Notes: generated from the letters alone by a model not told the origin. 57,152 nucleotides of DNA from Minisyncoccia bacterium (GCA_049297675.1 JBAQUS010000006.1:1-57152), one strand, 5' to 3'; numbered from the stretch's first letter, positions 1 through 11,300 are shown. Made by a program: numbers and translations.

Positions 1-119
1 TCCTGGGGTCTTTTCGTCTAACTGCAGGTAACCGGCATCTTCACCGGTATTGTATTTTCACCGAGCAAATCCCCGAGACAGTTCTCCAGTCATTATACCA
101 TTCGTGCACGTCGGAACTT

Positions 120-417
120 CATTACTCGCTATCGCTCGTATCACGATACCAATATACGAATTAGTACGAATGACACGAATAAATGCGAACCCTTTATTTC
201 TAAAGGAATGGACTATATCTTTATCCTACTTGGAAGCCGAGCTTCCAAGTAGGATATTTGCGTGTAGTCTCTACGGCGTCCTTCGACTTCGCTCAGGATA
301 AATCCCAAACTAATCTTAGGTTCCCTCGGTATTACCTTATTTAATTTCTTAAACTTAGGCTTCACCGATACAGCAAATTATCGAGATTGATTACTCAATC
401 AAGGGGCAAGTTCCGAT
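120..417 (-). mobile_element. group I intron-like insertion in 23S (between GGGTAAGT and TCCGAC, E. coli ~1945-1950 region), no ORF
   Basis: About 300 nt split an otherwise contiguous universal 23S block. It contains an R-like CCGTAGAGACTACA, a P8-like hairpin ATCCTACTTGGAAGC-TCGG-CTTCCAAGTAGGAT and an S-like AAAGATATAGTCC. AAGT is repeated at both junctions, so exact splice sites are ambiguous. Confidence 0.65.
143..190. repeat. ACGAAT-rich palindromic element, half copy, inside the 3' part of the 23S intron
   Basis: CACGATACCAATATACGAATTAGTACGAATGACACGAATAAATGCGAAC matches the arm of the intergenic ACGAAT elements. Confidence 0.7.
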
Positions 418-444
418 ACTTACCCGACAAGGAATTTCGCTTTA

Positions 445-803
<359 letters not shown>

Positions 804-980
804 CAGGGCTTATATAATCAATCTAGCGTCTTGCGACATTCAACTACTATATTTGACCTTCTGGCATTGGTCAGGCATCACCTCCTATACATCCACTTAC
901 GTGTTCGCAGGAAGCTGTGTTTTTGATAAACAGTTGCCAGAGATACTTTTGTTGCACCCTCGCACGCAGCACGAGGAAGT

Positions 981-1127
981 CCTAAATTGACCTAATTCCT
1001 AATTGACCTAAATAAATCTCAAATCCAAATATCCAAGCTCAAAACAAGAAATTACTCCTATCTTGAACTCGTCATTAAATAATTTGATCATTGTTTAGTA
1101 ATTAGAAAATTAGAAATTAGAAATTCC
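981..1127. repeat. AT-rich expansion insertion in 23S (AATTAGAAATT / AGGTCAATTAGG repeats)
   Basis: Inserted between conserved 23S blocks. The arms can pair using G-U wobbles. It is the reverse complement of the motif set at 2469-2552. Confidence 0.6.
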
Positions 1128-1697
1128 TTGTGCTACGCACAAGGGAAGCCTTATTCCGAAGTTACGGCTGCTTTTTTGCAGAGTTCCTTGGGGATCTCTC
1201 ACTCGTTCGCCTTACTCTACTCGAGCTGACTACCTGTGTCGGTTTACGGTACGGATTTCACGAAATTAAGCTTAGAAATTTTTCTTGGAAGCGTGCTTTG
1301 TACAATCCCCTTTGACGTATCGCCAGGTTTAAATACTACTTGGTATTATCATTTAAGAAAGTGTGCGGATTTACCTACACAGCTACCTTACAGTACATAC
1401 TCAAATCCAATAATGAGCTGTACATACTACCCTCCGTCCTTCCATCGCATTTCGCAAAAGTGCAGGAATATTAACCTGCTGTCCATCGGCTGCGGCTCTC
1501 GCCATTGCCTTAGGCCCGACTAACCCTGCTCTGATTGACATTGAACAGGAAACCTTAGTCTTTCGGCGCGAAGGGTTCTCGCCTTCGTTGTGGTTACTTG
1601 TGCCAACATTCTTACTTCGCAACGCTCCAGCATGGGTCACCCCTTTGCCTTCAGTGCAGATGCGAATACTCTCCTACCACTGCTCGTACCTCGCTAC

Positions 1698-1805
1698 ACG
1701 ATGCCAATATACGAATTTATGCGAATGAAACGAATATTCGTACACTTTTCGTAAGTGTATTTACATTCGTTTTATTCGTATGTTTATTCGTATCATTCGT
1801 ATCGC
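1698..1805. repeat. ACGAAT-rich palindromic element, full copy, inserted inside 23S rRNA
   Basis: ACGATGCCAATATACGAATTTATGCGAATGAAACGAAT...ATTCGTATCATTCGTATCG sits between conserved 23S blocks and is collinear with the intergenic copies. Confidence 0.8.
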
Positions 1806-2468
1806 AAAGTGAGGCACGAACAATCCTCAGTTTCGGTACTATGTTTAACCCCGATTATTTGCGGCGCAGAATCTCTTACTGAGTGAGCTGTTACGCTATC
1901 TTTAAAGGATGGCTGCTTCTAAGCCAACCTCCTCAGTGTCAGAGAAATTCCACCACCTTAAGTGTACTTAACATAGATTTAGGGACCTTAAATAGAGATC
2001 TAGGCTGTTTCCTTTTTGACGTACGGAGCTTAGCCCCCGCCGTCTAACTGCCGTATTATAATCCTGAGTATTCGGAGTTTGATAGGTTTAGCGATCTTTC
2101 GACCTGTCCAAACCTTCCAGTGCTCTACCCCTCAGGGGATCATACGACGCTAGCCCAAAAGCTATTTCGGAGAGAACCAGCTATTACCAGGCTCGATTAG
2201 CTTTTCACTTCTTATCACAAGTCATCCCAATGTATTGCACGGCATATGGGTTCGGGCCTCCCTTTTGATTTCTCAAAAGTTCACCCTGCTCATAACAAGC
2301 TCGCTCTGGCTTCGGGTCTAATGCATGCGATATATTCGCACTATTCATACTCGGTTTCCCTGCGCCTCCATCCGGCAAAGGATTTAGGCAAAACCGCATA
2401 CATTAACTCGTTGGCTCATTCTTCAATAGGCACGCCATGACCGTCACGTCTCGCTGAACTCGACGTAC

Positions 2469-2552
2469 GGAATTTCTAATTTCTAATTTCTAATTTCTAA
2501 ACGAATTTATTTAGGAATTAGGTCAATTAGTAATTAGTCATTCCGTTGTGTC
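2469..2552. repeat. AT-rich expansion insertion in 23S (GGAATTTCTAATTTCTAATTTCTAATTTCTAA...AGGAATTAGGTCAATTAGTAATTAG)
   Basis: Tandem AATTTCT units followed by the AGGTCAATTAG motif. Reverse complement of the insertion at 981-1127. Confidence 0.6.
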
Positions 2553-2630
2553 GAATACAATGAGACGCAACGGCGCTGACTCCTTGTAAGCATATGGTTT
2601 CAGATCTATTTCACTGTCCTCATCGGACTT

Positions 2631-2667
<37 letters not shown>

Positions 2668-2878
2668 ATCTCAAAATATATTTAGCCTTACCGCTTTAGT
2701 TGCGGCAGATTCCTCCGAGCTATTCGTGTCTCGAAGTACTCAAGAACAGAAACAAAGAAGATTTTTTATTTTCACCTACAGGACCATTACCTTCTAGGGT
2801 CGTGCTTTCCAGCACATTCGGTTAACAAAAAATTTTGTAACTTCTCTCATAATAAATTATGACGTTTCTGCCTTACAA

Positions 2879-3014
2879 CCCCCCCGAACTAACTTTGCCA
2901 TCGTTCTGTTTTTTCAAAACGACACCATTAATTAATTTATGTCTTTACCAAAATTTATTTAAAGAAAATAATTTTGATCAGAACATAAAAACAATGGCAA
3001 AGTTAGTTCGGGGG
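2879..3014. repeat. CCCCGAACTAA long hairpin element inserted in 23S 5' domain
   Basis: CCCCCCGAACTAACTTTGCCATCGTTCTG...CAGAACATAAAAACAATGGCAAAGTTAGTTCGGGG, a 136-nt hairpin. The copy at 3543-3677 is near-identical. Confidence 0.8.
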
Positions 3015-3449
3015 TTTGGGCTCTTACGCTTTCGCTCGCCGCTACTTACGCAATATTGTTCTTACGAACATTGTTTTCTTTTCCTTCGGGTACTGAAATG
3101 TTTTACTTCCCCGAGTGCACATCATATGTAATTCATATGACGACGACATATAGTCGCCAGGTTTCCCCATTCAGAGATTTACGGATTAACGGTTGCTAGG
3201 CACCTCCCCGTAACTTATCGCAGCCATGCTACGTCTTTCATCGCTATTTTGAGTCAAGGCATCCACCATACGCTCTTAAATTTCCCATTAGGAAATTTAA
3301 AAACCACTAACTTGAAAACTGCGACCACTCGCAGATTCAAGTTATTTTGCTCAAACTAATTATTAATTAGTTTGAGAATTTACTTTATCCTGTTACATAT
3401 TATGAATTTATCCGCAACAAAGTTGCAGTTCGAATTATGTAACAGTTTT

Positions 3450-3497
3450 ATCCCGTTAGAAATCTGAAACTTTAGTTTCAGTTATTTCGCACGGGAT
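3450..3497. repeat. CCCGTTAGA-family mini element (48 nt)
   Basis: ATCCCGTTAGAAATCTGAAACTTTAGTTTCAGTTATTTCGCACGGGAT has the same termini and layout as the 49-nt copy inside argS. Confidence 0.7.
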
Positions 3498-3542
3498 CTG
3501 TTCTACATTCCTACAATCAGAATGCAGAACTGTTTTACTTTA

Positions 3543-3677
3543 CCCCCGAACTAACTTTGCCATCGTTCTGTTTTTACAAAACGTAATCACCATTACTTTA
3601 ATATTCAAGCTAGATTTATACATTAATTATTTAATCTAGGTCAGAACATAAAAACAATGGCAAAGTTAGTTCGGGGG
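3543..3677. repeat. CCCCGAACTAA long hairpin element in the 23S upstream spacer
   Basis: The arms are near-identical to the copy at 2879-3014, but the AT-rich loop differs. Confidence 0.8.
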
Positions 3678-3924
3678 TTTTACTTTCCATCTACATTTTC
3701 CGAAAAGACCCCGAACACGAATGTCCGAAATTCTTAAAAATGTGATGGCATGAACTCCTAACAAACTTGCGGTTCGTTTCGGGGAATATTTTCAAGTTAC
3801 TTACAGAACATGTTAACGAAAAATCGCTCATTTCAGAGCGATTTTTCCGACAAACACCTAACTAGGCGTTTATCTAAATCGCTGTGAAATTAGGTTAATG
3901 TTTAACATATCTGTGATGTTCTGG

Positions 3925-3953
3925 AGTATATACGAAAGCTTTTTGAATGTCAA
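3925..3953 (-). promoter_or_regulatory. candidate sigma70-type promoter for the 23S transcript
   Basis: Reverse strand reads TTGACA, a 17-nt spacer, then TATACT, about 640 nt upstream of the mature 23S 5' end. Confidence 0.4.
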
Positions 3954-4301
3954 ATATCGATTATATCTTTATATTTGTTCATATTTTGTGGATAAATTGG
4001 GGATAAAATAACTCTAAATCAAAAACTCCCTAGTGGGAGTTTTTGATTTTTGTGAAGATTTTTGTTCGAGTTAAAGACGGGACTAAAAACTTTCACAATC
4101 TGGATACGACCTAATTTTCTTAAGCTTTGCTTTTAGAAAATGGAAGTACTCCTGTGGTGAAATCCGAAGTTGAAGATTTGAAGCTGAGAAAATCGCTTCA
4201 GATGCTAGGCGCAGGAGATTTTGTGAGTGAGCCTTATTGGATATAAGGTGAACGAACAAAATTGAACTGCAACAACGCTGATGAAGTGATTTTATCTGCT
4301 T

Positions 4302-4988
4302 CTAGTGATGGCTAATGTCGTGCTGAACTTTTTCAATGGCCCTCGCCGCAGCCGTCTGTCCCCCAAGCCCAAAGGAAATTCCAAGAGCTAGAGACACTGC
4401 CACAACAAACCCTGTGAAGAGTGTTTGAATAAACGCACCTGCAATACCCATTTGTGACAATGCAACAAGGATGGCAAAAATCCATACTGCCCATTTTGCA
4501 ATAACACCTAGCGTATTAGCCGATGAAAGATTAGCAGTTTTTGCTGATGCAGTTACAATCTTAGATAGGATATCACCAACTACCCCACTGACTAGAAGTA
4601 TAAGTACTGCAATTATGACCTGTGGCAAATAGCCAATAACTATTTGTTGAAGAAATGAAGTAACTTGATTTAGCTTCAGTATCTCAAGACTTACAATTAG
4701 AAAAGCAACTATAATAAAATACTTCACTAAACCACCAACAAACTTGCCGGAATTTAGATTTATTCCAGATCGTTTAACAACATCCTCAAGGCCTGCCTTG
4801 CCCAAAGCCTCATCGAACTTAATAGATTTCATAAACTGTTCAATAGCTTTTGAAACCAAAGCTCCTACAGCCCAACCAATGCATAATATAATAATAGCAA
4901 TAACCAAATTCGGAAGAAAAGAGATCACGCCTCCCCACAGACCCCTAAATGAACTGGTTAACATATCTCCCCATGTAGATAAAATCAT
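4302..4988 (-). CDS. multi-pass membrane protein, conserved-TM-helix / small mechanosensitive-channel-like
   Basis: 228-aa ORF with several hydrophobic helices in a repeated pattern. No sharper motif recognised. Confidence 0.6.
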   Translation of the reverse strand: MILSTWGDMLTSSFRGLWGGVISFLPNLVIAIIILCIGWAVGALVSKAIEQFMKSIKFDEALGKAGLEDVVKRSGINLNSGKFVGGLVKYFIIVAFLIVSLEILKLNQVTSFLQQIVIGYLPQVIIAVLILLVSGVVGDILSKIVTASAKTANLSSANTLGVIAKWAVWIFAILVALSQMGIAGAFIQTLFTGFVVAVSLALGISFGLGGQTAAARAIEKVQHDISHH

Positions 4989-5031
4989 AAAAACTAATAT
5001 TAATGAATAATGTCTATATTATATAACGTTC

Positions 5032-5604
5032 CTAGAGGTTGCCAAGCTTATTGAGGACGATTTTATGTGGATAATCCAATATGTCACGAGTAAGCTTGTC
5101 AAACATACTTATCCTGTATTTGAAGTCATTTGTTGAAAAATAAGCATATTTTAGCTCTTTTCCAACCTCAGATTCGAGTATTTTTACCGCTTTTTCTAAA
5201 CCAGCCTTTTTTATTGCATCACCAACCACCAAAATGTCTACCCTACTCTCGGGATCTTGAATAAAAATTCCTGCAGTTAGTATGAGCTTCAGTGACCCCG
5301 CCTTACTTAGATTTTTTATTATCATATTTTCACTTAGAGGTTCTAGATTAACCAGAAAACTACGCAAAGCTCTAAGTTCTAAGAATTGTGTGTTTAGGCT
5401 ATACCCATGCTTTCCTTTGATTTTTCTTTTTCTGATTAGTGACATCTTCAGAAGATTTGGCATTTCTTTTTTGACACTTGTAAGATCGGATTTAGTTCTT
5501 TCAACAATTTCTTTCATATAAAAAACATGCTCATCATTAAACAGAAAAAGCCTCAGTATTTTAACTTTTGTTTCGCTCCCAAATAATCTTGCTAGTGTTT
5601 CCAT
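5032..5604 (-). CDS. hypothetical protein with N-terminal winged-helix-like segment
   Basis: 190-aa ORF containing KVKILRLFLFN...MKEIVERT. Its ATG abuts the 3' end of a CCCGTTAGA-family element. Confidence 0.5.
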   Translation of the reverse strand: METLARLFGSETKVKILRLFLFNDEHVFYMKEIVERTKSDLTSVKKEMPNLLKMSLIRKRKIKGKHGYSLNTQFLELRALRSFLVNLEPLSENMIIKNLSKAGSLKLILTAGIFIQDPESRVDILVVGDAIKKAGLEKAVKILESEVGKELKYAYFSTNDFKYRISMFDKLTRDILDYPHKIVLNKLGNL

Positions 5605-5705
5605 TCCGTTAGAAATAAAAGATCATCTATTTTTTGTGACTCCAAATCTTGTAATTAAATTTATCTGATTTTAGTAATTATAATCTCCGTTATTTCTAAC
5701 GGGAC
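5603..5705 (-). repeat. CCCGTTAGA-family element (~100 nt) ending at a start codon
   Basis: Reverse strand reads ACTTGTCCCGTTAGAAATAACGG...TTATTTCTAACGGAATG. It has the same 5' flank, ACTTGT, as the efp copy. Confidence 0.65.
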
Positions 5706-5966
5706 AAGTCCTAGATATTATAATCATCTTTTGACTAAAAGCGATAGATTGACCCTATATAAGTTTCGTGTCAATTTTTTCAGCAAAAAATTCCCCTAGG
5801 TCGGACCTAGGGGAATTTCGTATTTCTAACTTCTTACTTCTATTTTAGTGTAACTTGTCACAGGTTTTGGACTTGCCGTCGCTCGTCCAAACCTGCGACC
5901 CCGCCTCGGCTATTTTTCTGCTGAAAAATTATGCCTCCGGCTCAAAGTTACCTTAAAAAGCTTCGC

Positions 5967-6365
5967 TTATTTAAGTGTCACTTTACCTCCCGCTTCCTCA
6001 ACAGCCTTCTTTAGCTTGTCTGCATCTTCCTTTTTCATCCCCTCTTTTAGCATTGCAGGAGCACCGTCAACTAAGTCCTTGGCTTCTTTAAGTCCAACGC
6101 CAAGTGCTTCTTTAACTACTTTTATTACTGCGATTTTATTTGCTCCACTATCGGAGAGCTCAACATTAAATGTCGACTTCTCCTCAGCTCCTGCTCCCCC
6201 AGCTACTGGAGCGGCAACTGCTACTGCTTGAGCCGATACGCCGAATTTTTCTTCTAAGTGTTTTACTAACTCGTGTAAATCTAAAACTGACATTTTCTCT
6301 ATTGCCTCAACTACAGCTTTAAACTTTGCTGGAGTTTCTACTATTGTTTTTGTTGATTCTTCCAT
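5967..6365 (-). CDS. rplL: 50S ribosomal protein L7/L12
   Basis: 132 aa with an Ala-rich hinge and the C-terminal domain [27 protein letters not shown]...[10 protein letters not shown]. Confidence 0.95.
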   Translation of the reverse strand: MEESTKTIVETPAKFKAVVEAIEKMSVLDLHELVKHLEEKFGVSAQAVAVAAPVAGGAGAEEKSTFNVELSDSGANKIAVIKVVKEALGVGLKEAKDLVDGAPAMLKEGMKKEDADKLKKAVEEAGGKVTLK

Positions 6366-6474
6366 GAAGATTATTTTATTAGTTTATAAAGTTGAAAGTT
6401 ATCAAGTTTGTAAAGTAAAATACATCTACTTTATATTTTATAACTTTACTTGTCCCGTAGTCAGCTTTGCTGTA

Positions 6475-6972
6475 CTACTGGGAGGAACTTTTGACTCGAG
6501 CAATTGCATCAAGAGCAATCGCGAATCTTTGTATCGGAGAGTTGATAAGATTTACAAACTGAGCTTGAAGAGTCTTAAGTCCTGGTATTTGTGCAACCGA
6601 CGTCATCTCCTCAAGAGTCATAAATTTACCCTCAAAAACTCCGCCAACAATCTGAACCTTTTTATCTAGCTTTTTTTGAAAAGTATAGATCTCTCTTGCT
6701 GGATCTAGAAGGTCTGTGCCGTAAACTATACCAAGCTCACCCGGTAAGTTTGGTATACTGCCAGAAAGTTTTTCGTCTTCAAAGGCTTTCTTTATAAGAG
6801 TTTTCTTGGCCACAGTATAGCCAACTGACTTTCCTCTAAGTTCGCGTCTTATCTTACTAGATTCGCTCACAGGAAGTGAGTGAAAATTAATAAAAACTAC
6901 AGATGCCGAGTCTTTGACGATTTTCTTAAGTTTAGCAAGAATTTCTGATTTTTTTTCTTTGTTTATTGCCAT
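6475..6972 (-). CDS. rplJ: 50S ribosomal protein L10
   Basis: 165 aa with an L10-like sequence, immediately upstream of rplL. Confidence 0.9.
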   Translation of the reverse strand: MAINKEKKSEILAKLKKIVKDSASVVFINFHSLPVSESSKIRRELRGKSVGYTVAKKTLIKKAFEDEKLSGSIPNLPGELGIVYGTDLLDPAREIYTFQKKLDKKVQIVGGVFEGKFMTLEEMTSVAQIPGLKTLQAQFVNLINSPIQRFAIALDAIARVKSSSQ

Positions 6973-6979
6973 TTAGTTG

Positions 6980-7086
6980 CGATACCAATCTACGAATTCA
7001 TACGAATTTACGAATAGTTAGTTACCCTTACGAAACGCACATACGAATTATTCGTATCATTCGTTTTCATTCGTATATTGGTATCG
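6980..7086. repeat. ACGAAT-rich palindromic element, full copy, 7 nt upstream of the rplJ start
   Basis: CGATACCAATCTACGAATTCATACGAATTTACGAAT...ATTCGTTTTCATTCGTATATTGGTATCG, with terminal inverted repeats of about 18 nt. Confidence 0.85.
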
Positions 7087-7228
7087 TGTTATATTTTTTC
7101 GACCTAAGGTAAAGTCCGAAAATAGTATTTCGTCTCGATCGGAAATTAAGTTCAACATATTGAGCACCGATTGTCTTTGACCTTATAACAAGAGAATATA
7201 CCAAAAAAGAGTTGGTGTCAATTATTCG

Positions 7229-7387
7229 TTATTGACCAGACTGTGAGACATCTATGGTGTCGGTAGTTTGATCACCATCCATATCTTCATACATCTTACC
7301 CAAAATAATAAATATTAGACTAACAACAACAATAGCCACAAATCCCCAGAAAAATTTAAAGAAATCTTTATCGAAGTATTTGGACAT
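7229..7387 (-). CDS. small single-pass membrane protein (52 aa), hypothetical
   Basis: Manual translation gives MSKYFDKDFFKFFWGFVAIVVVSLIFIILGKMYEDMDGDQTTDTIDVSQSGQ. It is preceded by the ACTTTA-YAA AT-rich motif seen upstream of other genes. It falls below the ORF-track cutoff. Confidence 0.35.
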   Translation of the reverse strand: MSKYFDKDFFKFFWGFVAIVVVSLIFIILGKMYEDMDGDQTTDTIDVSQSGQ

Positions 7388-7423
7388 AATAGAATTGCAA
7401 AGAAGTTATAAAGTGTAAAGTGA

Positions 7424-8137
7424 TTAAAGATTATTTTTTGTCTCCAAGAGACTGGGGTCATTAGGAATCTTTTTTAAACCTTCATCCAGTATTGCTTGAG
7501 CCTTTGTCATGTCCTTGAAAACATCTTTGTAAAGCATGGCAAGTTGGACATACAGGTATGAATTTGTAGGACCATTTTCTATTGCTTTCCTGTAATATGT
7601 CTCGGACAAGGCATTGTTATTAAGATAATAACCATACAAATCTCCGAGATTACCGTAGGAAACAAAATCTTTGTTTGCCACCTCGCCAACATATTTCCAG
7701 GACAGAACTGCACCATCATAATCCCCTGCCATCTTTTGATACAAACCTAGACTAATCCAGCTTGTCAGATTATTCTTGTCTCCTTTAAGCTCATTCTGCA
7801 AACTTGTTATTTTTTCAGTAACCATTTTTCTAACCTCTTCTGTCAGACTAAGGTCATTTCCAAAAACTATTCTTCTATTTAAGTCTGGAACAACTACCTG
7901 CTTTTTGTTTTCAATCGGCACCTGCTCGACTGTGTAGTCCGAACTGTTAGTATCTAGAACCACGCCCTTGTCCGTACTTGTAGCAACGTTGTTGTCTATT
8001 ATTTTTTCCTCTGATCTATTCCTTTTCATAAGCATATAGAAACCAGCTAGCAAAACTAGAACAACAAAAAGCCCTGTATAAATTTTATTTTTAGAATTAT
8101 CCTTATCCATTGCATCAATTTTACCATATTTGAACAT
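7424..8137 (-). CDS. membrane-anchored TPR-repeat protein
   Basis: 237 aa with an N-terminal TM helix (IYTGLFVVLVLLAGFYML) followed by TPR-like repeats. Confidence 0.6.
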   Translation of the reverse strand: MFKYGKIDAMDKDNSKNKIYTGLFVVLVLLAGFYMLMKRNRSEEKIIDNNVATSTDKGVVLDTNSSDYTVEQVPIENKKQVVVPDLNRRIVFGNDLSLTEEVRKMVTEKITSLQNELKGDKNNLTSWISLGLYQKMAGDYDGAVLSWKYVGEVANKDFVSYGNLGDLYGYYLNNNALSETYYRKAIENGPTNSYLYVQLAMLYKDVFKDMTKAQAILDEGLKKIPNDPSLLETKNNL

Positions 8138-8361
8138 AAATAAAAATCTAAAATTTTGGTGAAATTTCAGATTTGGATGAAATTCGACGCGAGAAGTTTT
8201 AAAATGTGAGAAGCCTTACATATCGTAAGGTGACGAGCATTTTAAAACTTGTAGCTAGAAGTTCGCCAAATCTGGAATTTCATACAACAAAAAACCACCT
8301 CTTTCGAAGTGGTTTTTTGCTTTAGGTTACTCTTTAAGTAAACCCTTACTTAACCTAAGTA

Positions 8362-11300
8362 TTAGTTAGATCGAGTCTGGATTAGACCTGAAGAAGATAG
8401 ACCTGGTAGAACGTAACCGTTTGACCAATCTATATCATGAACTCCTGATGTAGATGTGGCGTTACCTGACCATACAAAGTTACCTGTACTTGTAGCGGCG
8501 CCAGACGTCGCAACGTTGAAGCCAGAAGTTAGGTTGGATGTGTATGATGAGTCTCCCAAGAGAGTTGCAACTACAGAAGATCCTGTTGTTACACCAGATA
8601 CTGAACCCTTAAGCTCGAAGTATATGGTTGAACCTGAAGGAACTTGAACTGGAGTTGTACCTACTCCCATAGTGAAGGCTGTTCCGTTTATAGCAGTTGA
8701 AACTGTTGAGCCAACCTGACCTGATGTACCTTGTCCAGAAACTGGAGAAGAGTATGAAGAATCAGTGTAAGCAAACAACTGGATGTTAGTTACAGAAGCT
8801 GAAGTTGTAGAAAGTGTAAACTTCATTTGAGCTACACCAACTGCACCAGCAGAATTTGCAGTAACCTTAAATCTCATAAGTCTTCCATCAGCAATACCTG
8901 TTGAACCCAATGTGTCCAAAGCAAGTGTTGGGTATGACTTGAATAGTCTTACTCCGGCTACTGATGTTGAACCTGTTGCGTTTATAGTGTTACCAGAACC
9001 AACACCTGTACCTTGTGTACCTGTTGAGTCGTTGTTGTTTACGTCAACCTTAACTACTGAACCTTGTGTACCAGGTTGTGATGTTCCAACAGCTGCTAGA
9101 TCAACTTTGACTGTCAAAGTCTTGTCAGCATCCTTTGGAAGTGAAACTGGTGAGTTAAATGTTGATGTTGCAACTGTGTTACCACCTGTGAAGACTGCTG
9201 TACCTACCTGTGTTGCTCCGTCCCATACAGAAACCTGTACTAGGTCTGAAGATGAACCAGATGTAAGTTTAAGAGCTAGTCTTGTTAGGTTAACGCCTTC
9301 GTTTGATGCTCTGAACTTGATAACAGCTGCAGTGTTTCCTGTTGAACCAGCTGCTACGACAGATGCTGAAGGTGAAGATGAATCAGTTGATACTACTAGA
9401 GCTCCAGAAGATGTTGTCATTGTCTGACCAGTTCCTGTTGAACCTGTAGCAGTTACTGAGTTTGATGATGTAACACCTGTGATTGAAATTGCTCCAATCT
9501 GCGCTGATGTTATACCGAAGATGAATGTACCAGAAGCTCCTGAAGAAACATTACACTTTAGACCTAGAGTCTTAACTGTTCCTTTTGGAACAACAAACTG
9601 TTGATCAAATGTGAATGAAGGTGTTGCAGATGTTGGGTTAACAACATTTGAACCTGTGTTAAGAGCTACTGAACCATCCCACAACTGACAAGAAGAAGCT
9701 CCTGATGTTGTCAGTGATCCTCCGTTTGTAAGTGTGATAGATGAGAATCTTGTATCCTCACCAGACTGTGAAGCGTCGAATTGTAAGTTAGCCAATAGTA
9801 CACCCTGTGAACCTGCAACGATGTTTTGAGCAGATGGTGTAGCTGAGACTGAAACTGCCAGTGCCGCAGCCTTAACTGTCATGTTGTTCATAGTGAACGT
9901 ACCATTTGCAGTCAAGCTGATAGTGTTACCAGTTGTCTGTCCTGTTACGTTTGTCCAACCTGTAGAAGGAACTGTTGTAACAGCATATACAGTACCGTTT
10001 CCAATTCCAGAAGCAACCTTACCCTTTAGAGTATAAGTCTTAAGACCTACTGGGAATGTAACTGTGTCTGTAAATGTCAATGTCTGTGTCGTTGCGGATG
10101 AATATACTCCATCAACTGGACCTGCGACAACTGCACCATTTGAATCAACGATAGAAACGTTAGTCAAAAGACCTGTTCCTGATCCTGAAGATGAAGCAAC
10201 TGTGAAGACCATTGACTGAACTGATATAGGTTCACCCTTTAGATCTGTGTCAAATCCTCCAAGTACTTGGTTAGGAACATTTACTGCGATGTTTTGTGCA
10301 GCTACAGAAGTTGCCTTCTGGATAGTTGTCACTGAACCTGCAGAAACTGTTACCACAGAACCACTGAAGAATGGTGTACCAGTTGTGAACTCAGATGCAG
10401 TTGAAGCTGTACCTGTTGTTCCAGCTGTAGGAGTAATTCCATAACCATATGTTACTCCTGATACATAGACATCAGTTGTCTTGTAGATATCAAACTGAAC
10501 AGTTCTTCCGGCGGCACCTGTTCCGATAACATCTCCCTGGATGTAAACATCCTTTGAGTTACCTTTGTCTATTAGAATTCCTCCAGCAAAGTTTGCTGAG
10601 AAATATTTGCCGTCTGCAGAAACTGTAGTTGGATATGCTGTACCGTCAACGTAAACCATTAGATTAGCAAAATCTTGAGATGATGCTGAACCTGTTTGAT
10701 TCCATCTTATAGACCATAGTCTTACTTGTTCAGCTGAACCAGCTGTAACTCTGACACCAGCAAATTTGTAGTTTGTTGTGCCGATTTCTTTTGTTTGTGC
10801 TGAGTTTGGATCAAATGACGAAACTGCCATTTGAGCTGAACCTAGAGTAAGAGTTGCGTTTACAGTGTGCATTGCTCCAGATAATGGAAGCACACCTGAA
10901 ACTGAACCTGATGTGTTTACTGCAACAACATTAAGTCCTACAACCTGTCCGGCATATGAACCCAAAGATGAGCCCATATTACCTGCAACTGTCACTGTTT
11001 GTGAAGTTCCAGCTTTTATGACCCAAGGCTCACCTACCATTGCTTGGTGGTTTGAGTTAAGAGTTTTAGCGATACCAATCTGTGTTCCGTCACTCTTTAG
11101 AAGTACGATACCTGAGAATACTGCGTCCTGTGCCAAACCTCCTCTCTCTACTGTTATAGAGTTTACAGTCACATCAGATGATCCTGCTGTCAGAACCAAA
11201 GTTGTGAAAGGAATTCTTGATGCACTTTGTGGTGCAAGAGAGTTTGCAGGTTGTGCCCCAGCAGTAACCATTACTGATCCTCCTGATGGAAGAGGCTGAG

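Noticed and set aside
2469-2500. Tandem AATTTCT units that might suggest a CRISPR or microsatellite array
   Set aside because: The unit is 7 nt, there are no spacers, and the array lies inside a 23S expansion insertion. It is not CRISPR.
3987-3995. Perfect DnaA-box 9-mers TGTGGATAA here and at 12362-12370, a possible oriC
   Set aside because: There are only two isolated perfect boxes, 8 kb apart, with no dnaA/dnaN nearby and no clear cluster or DUE. That is insufficient for an origin call.
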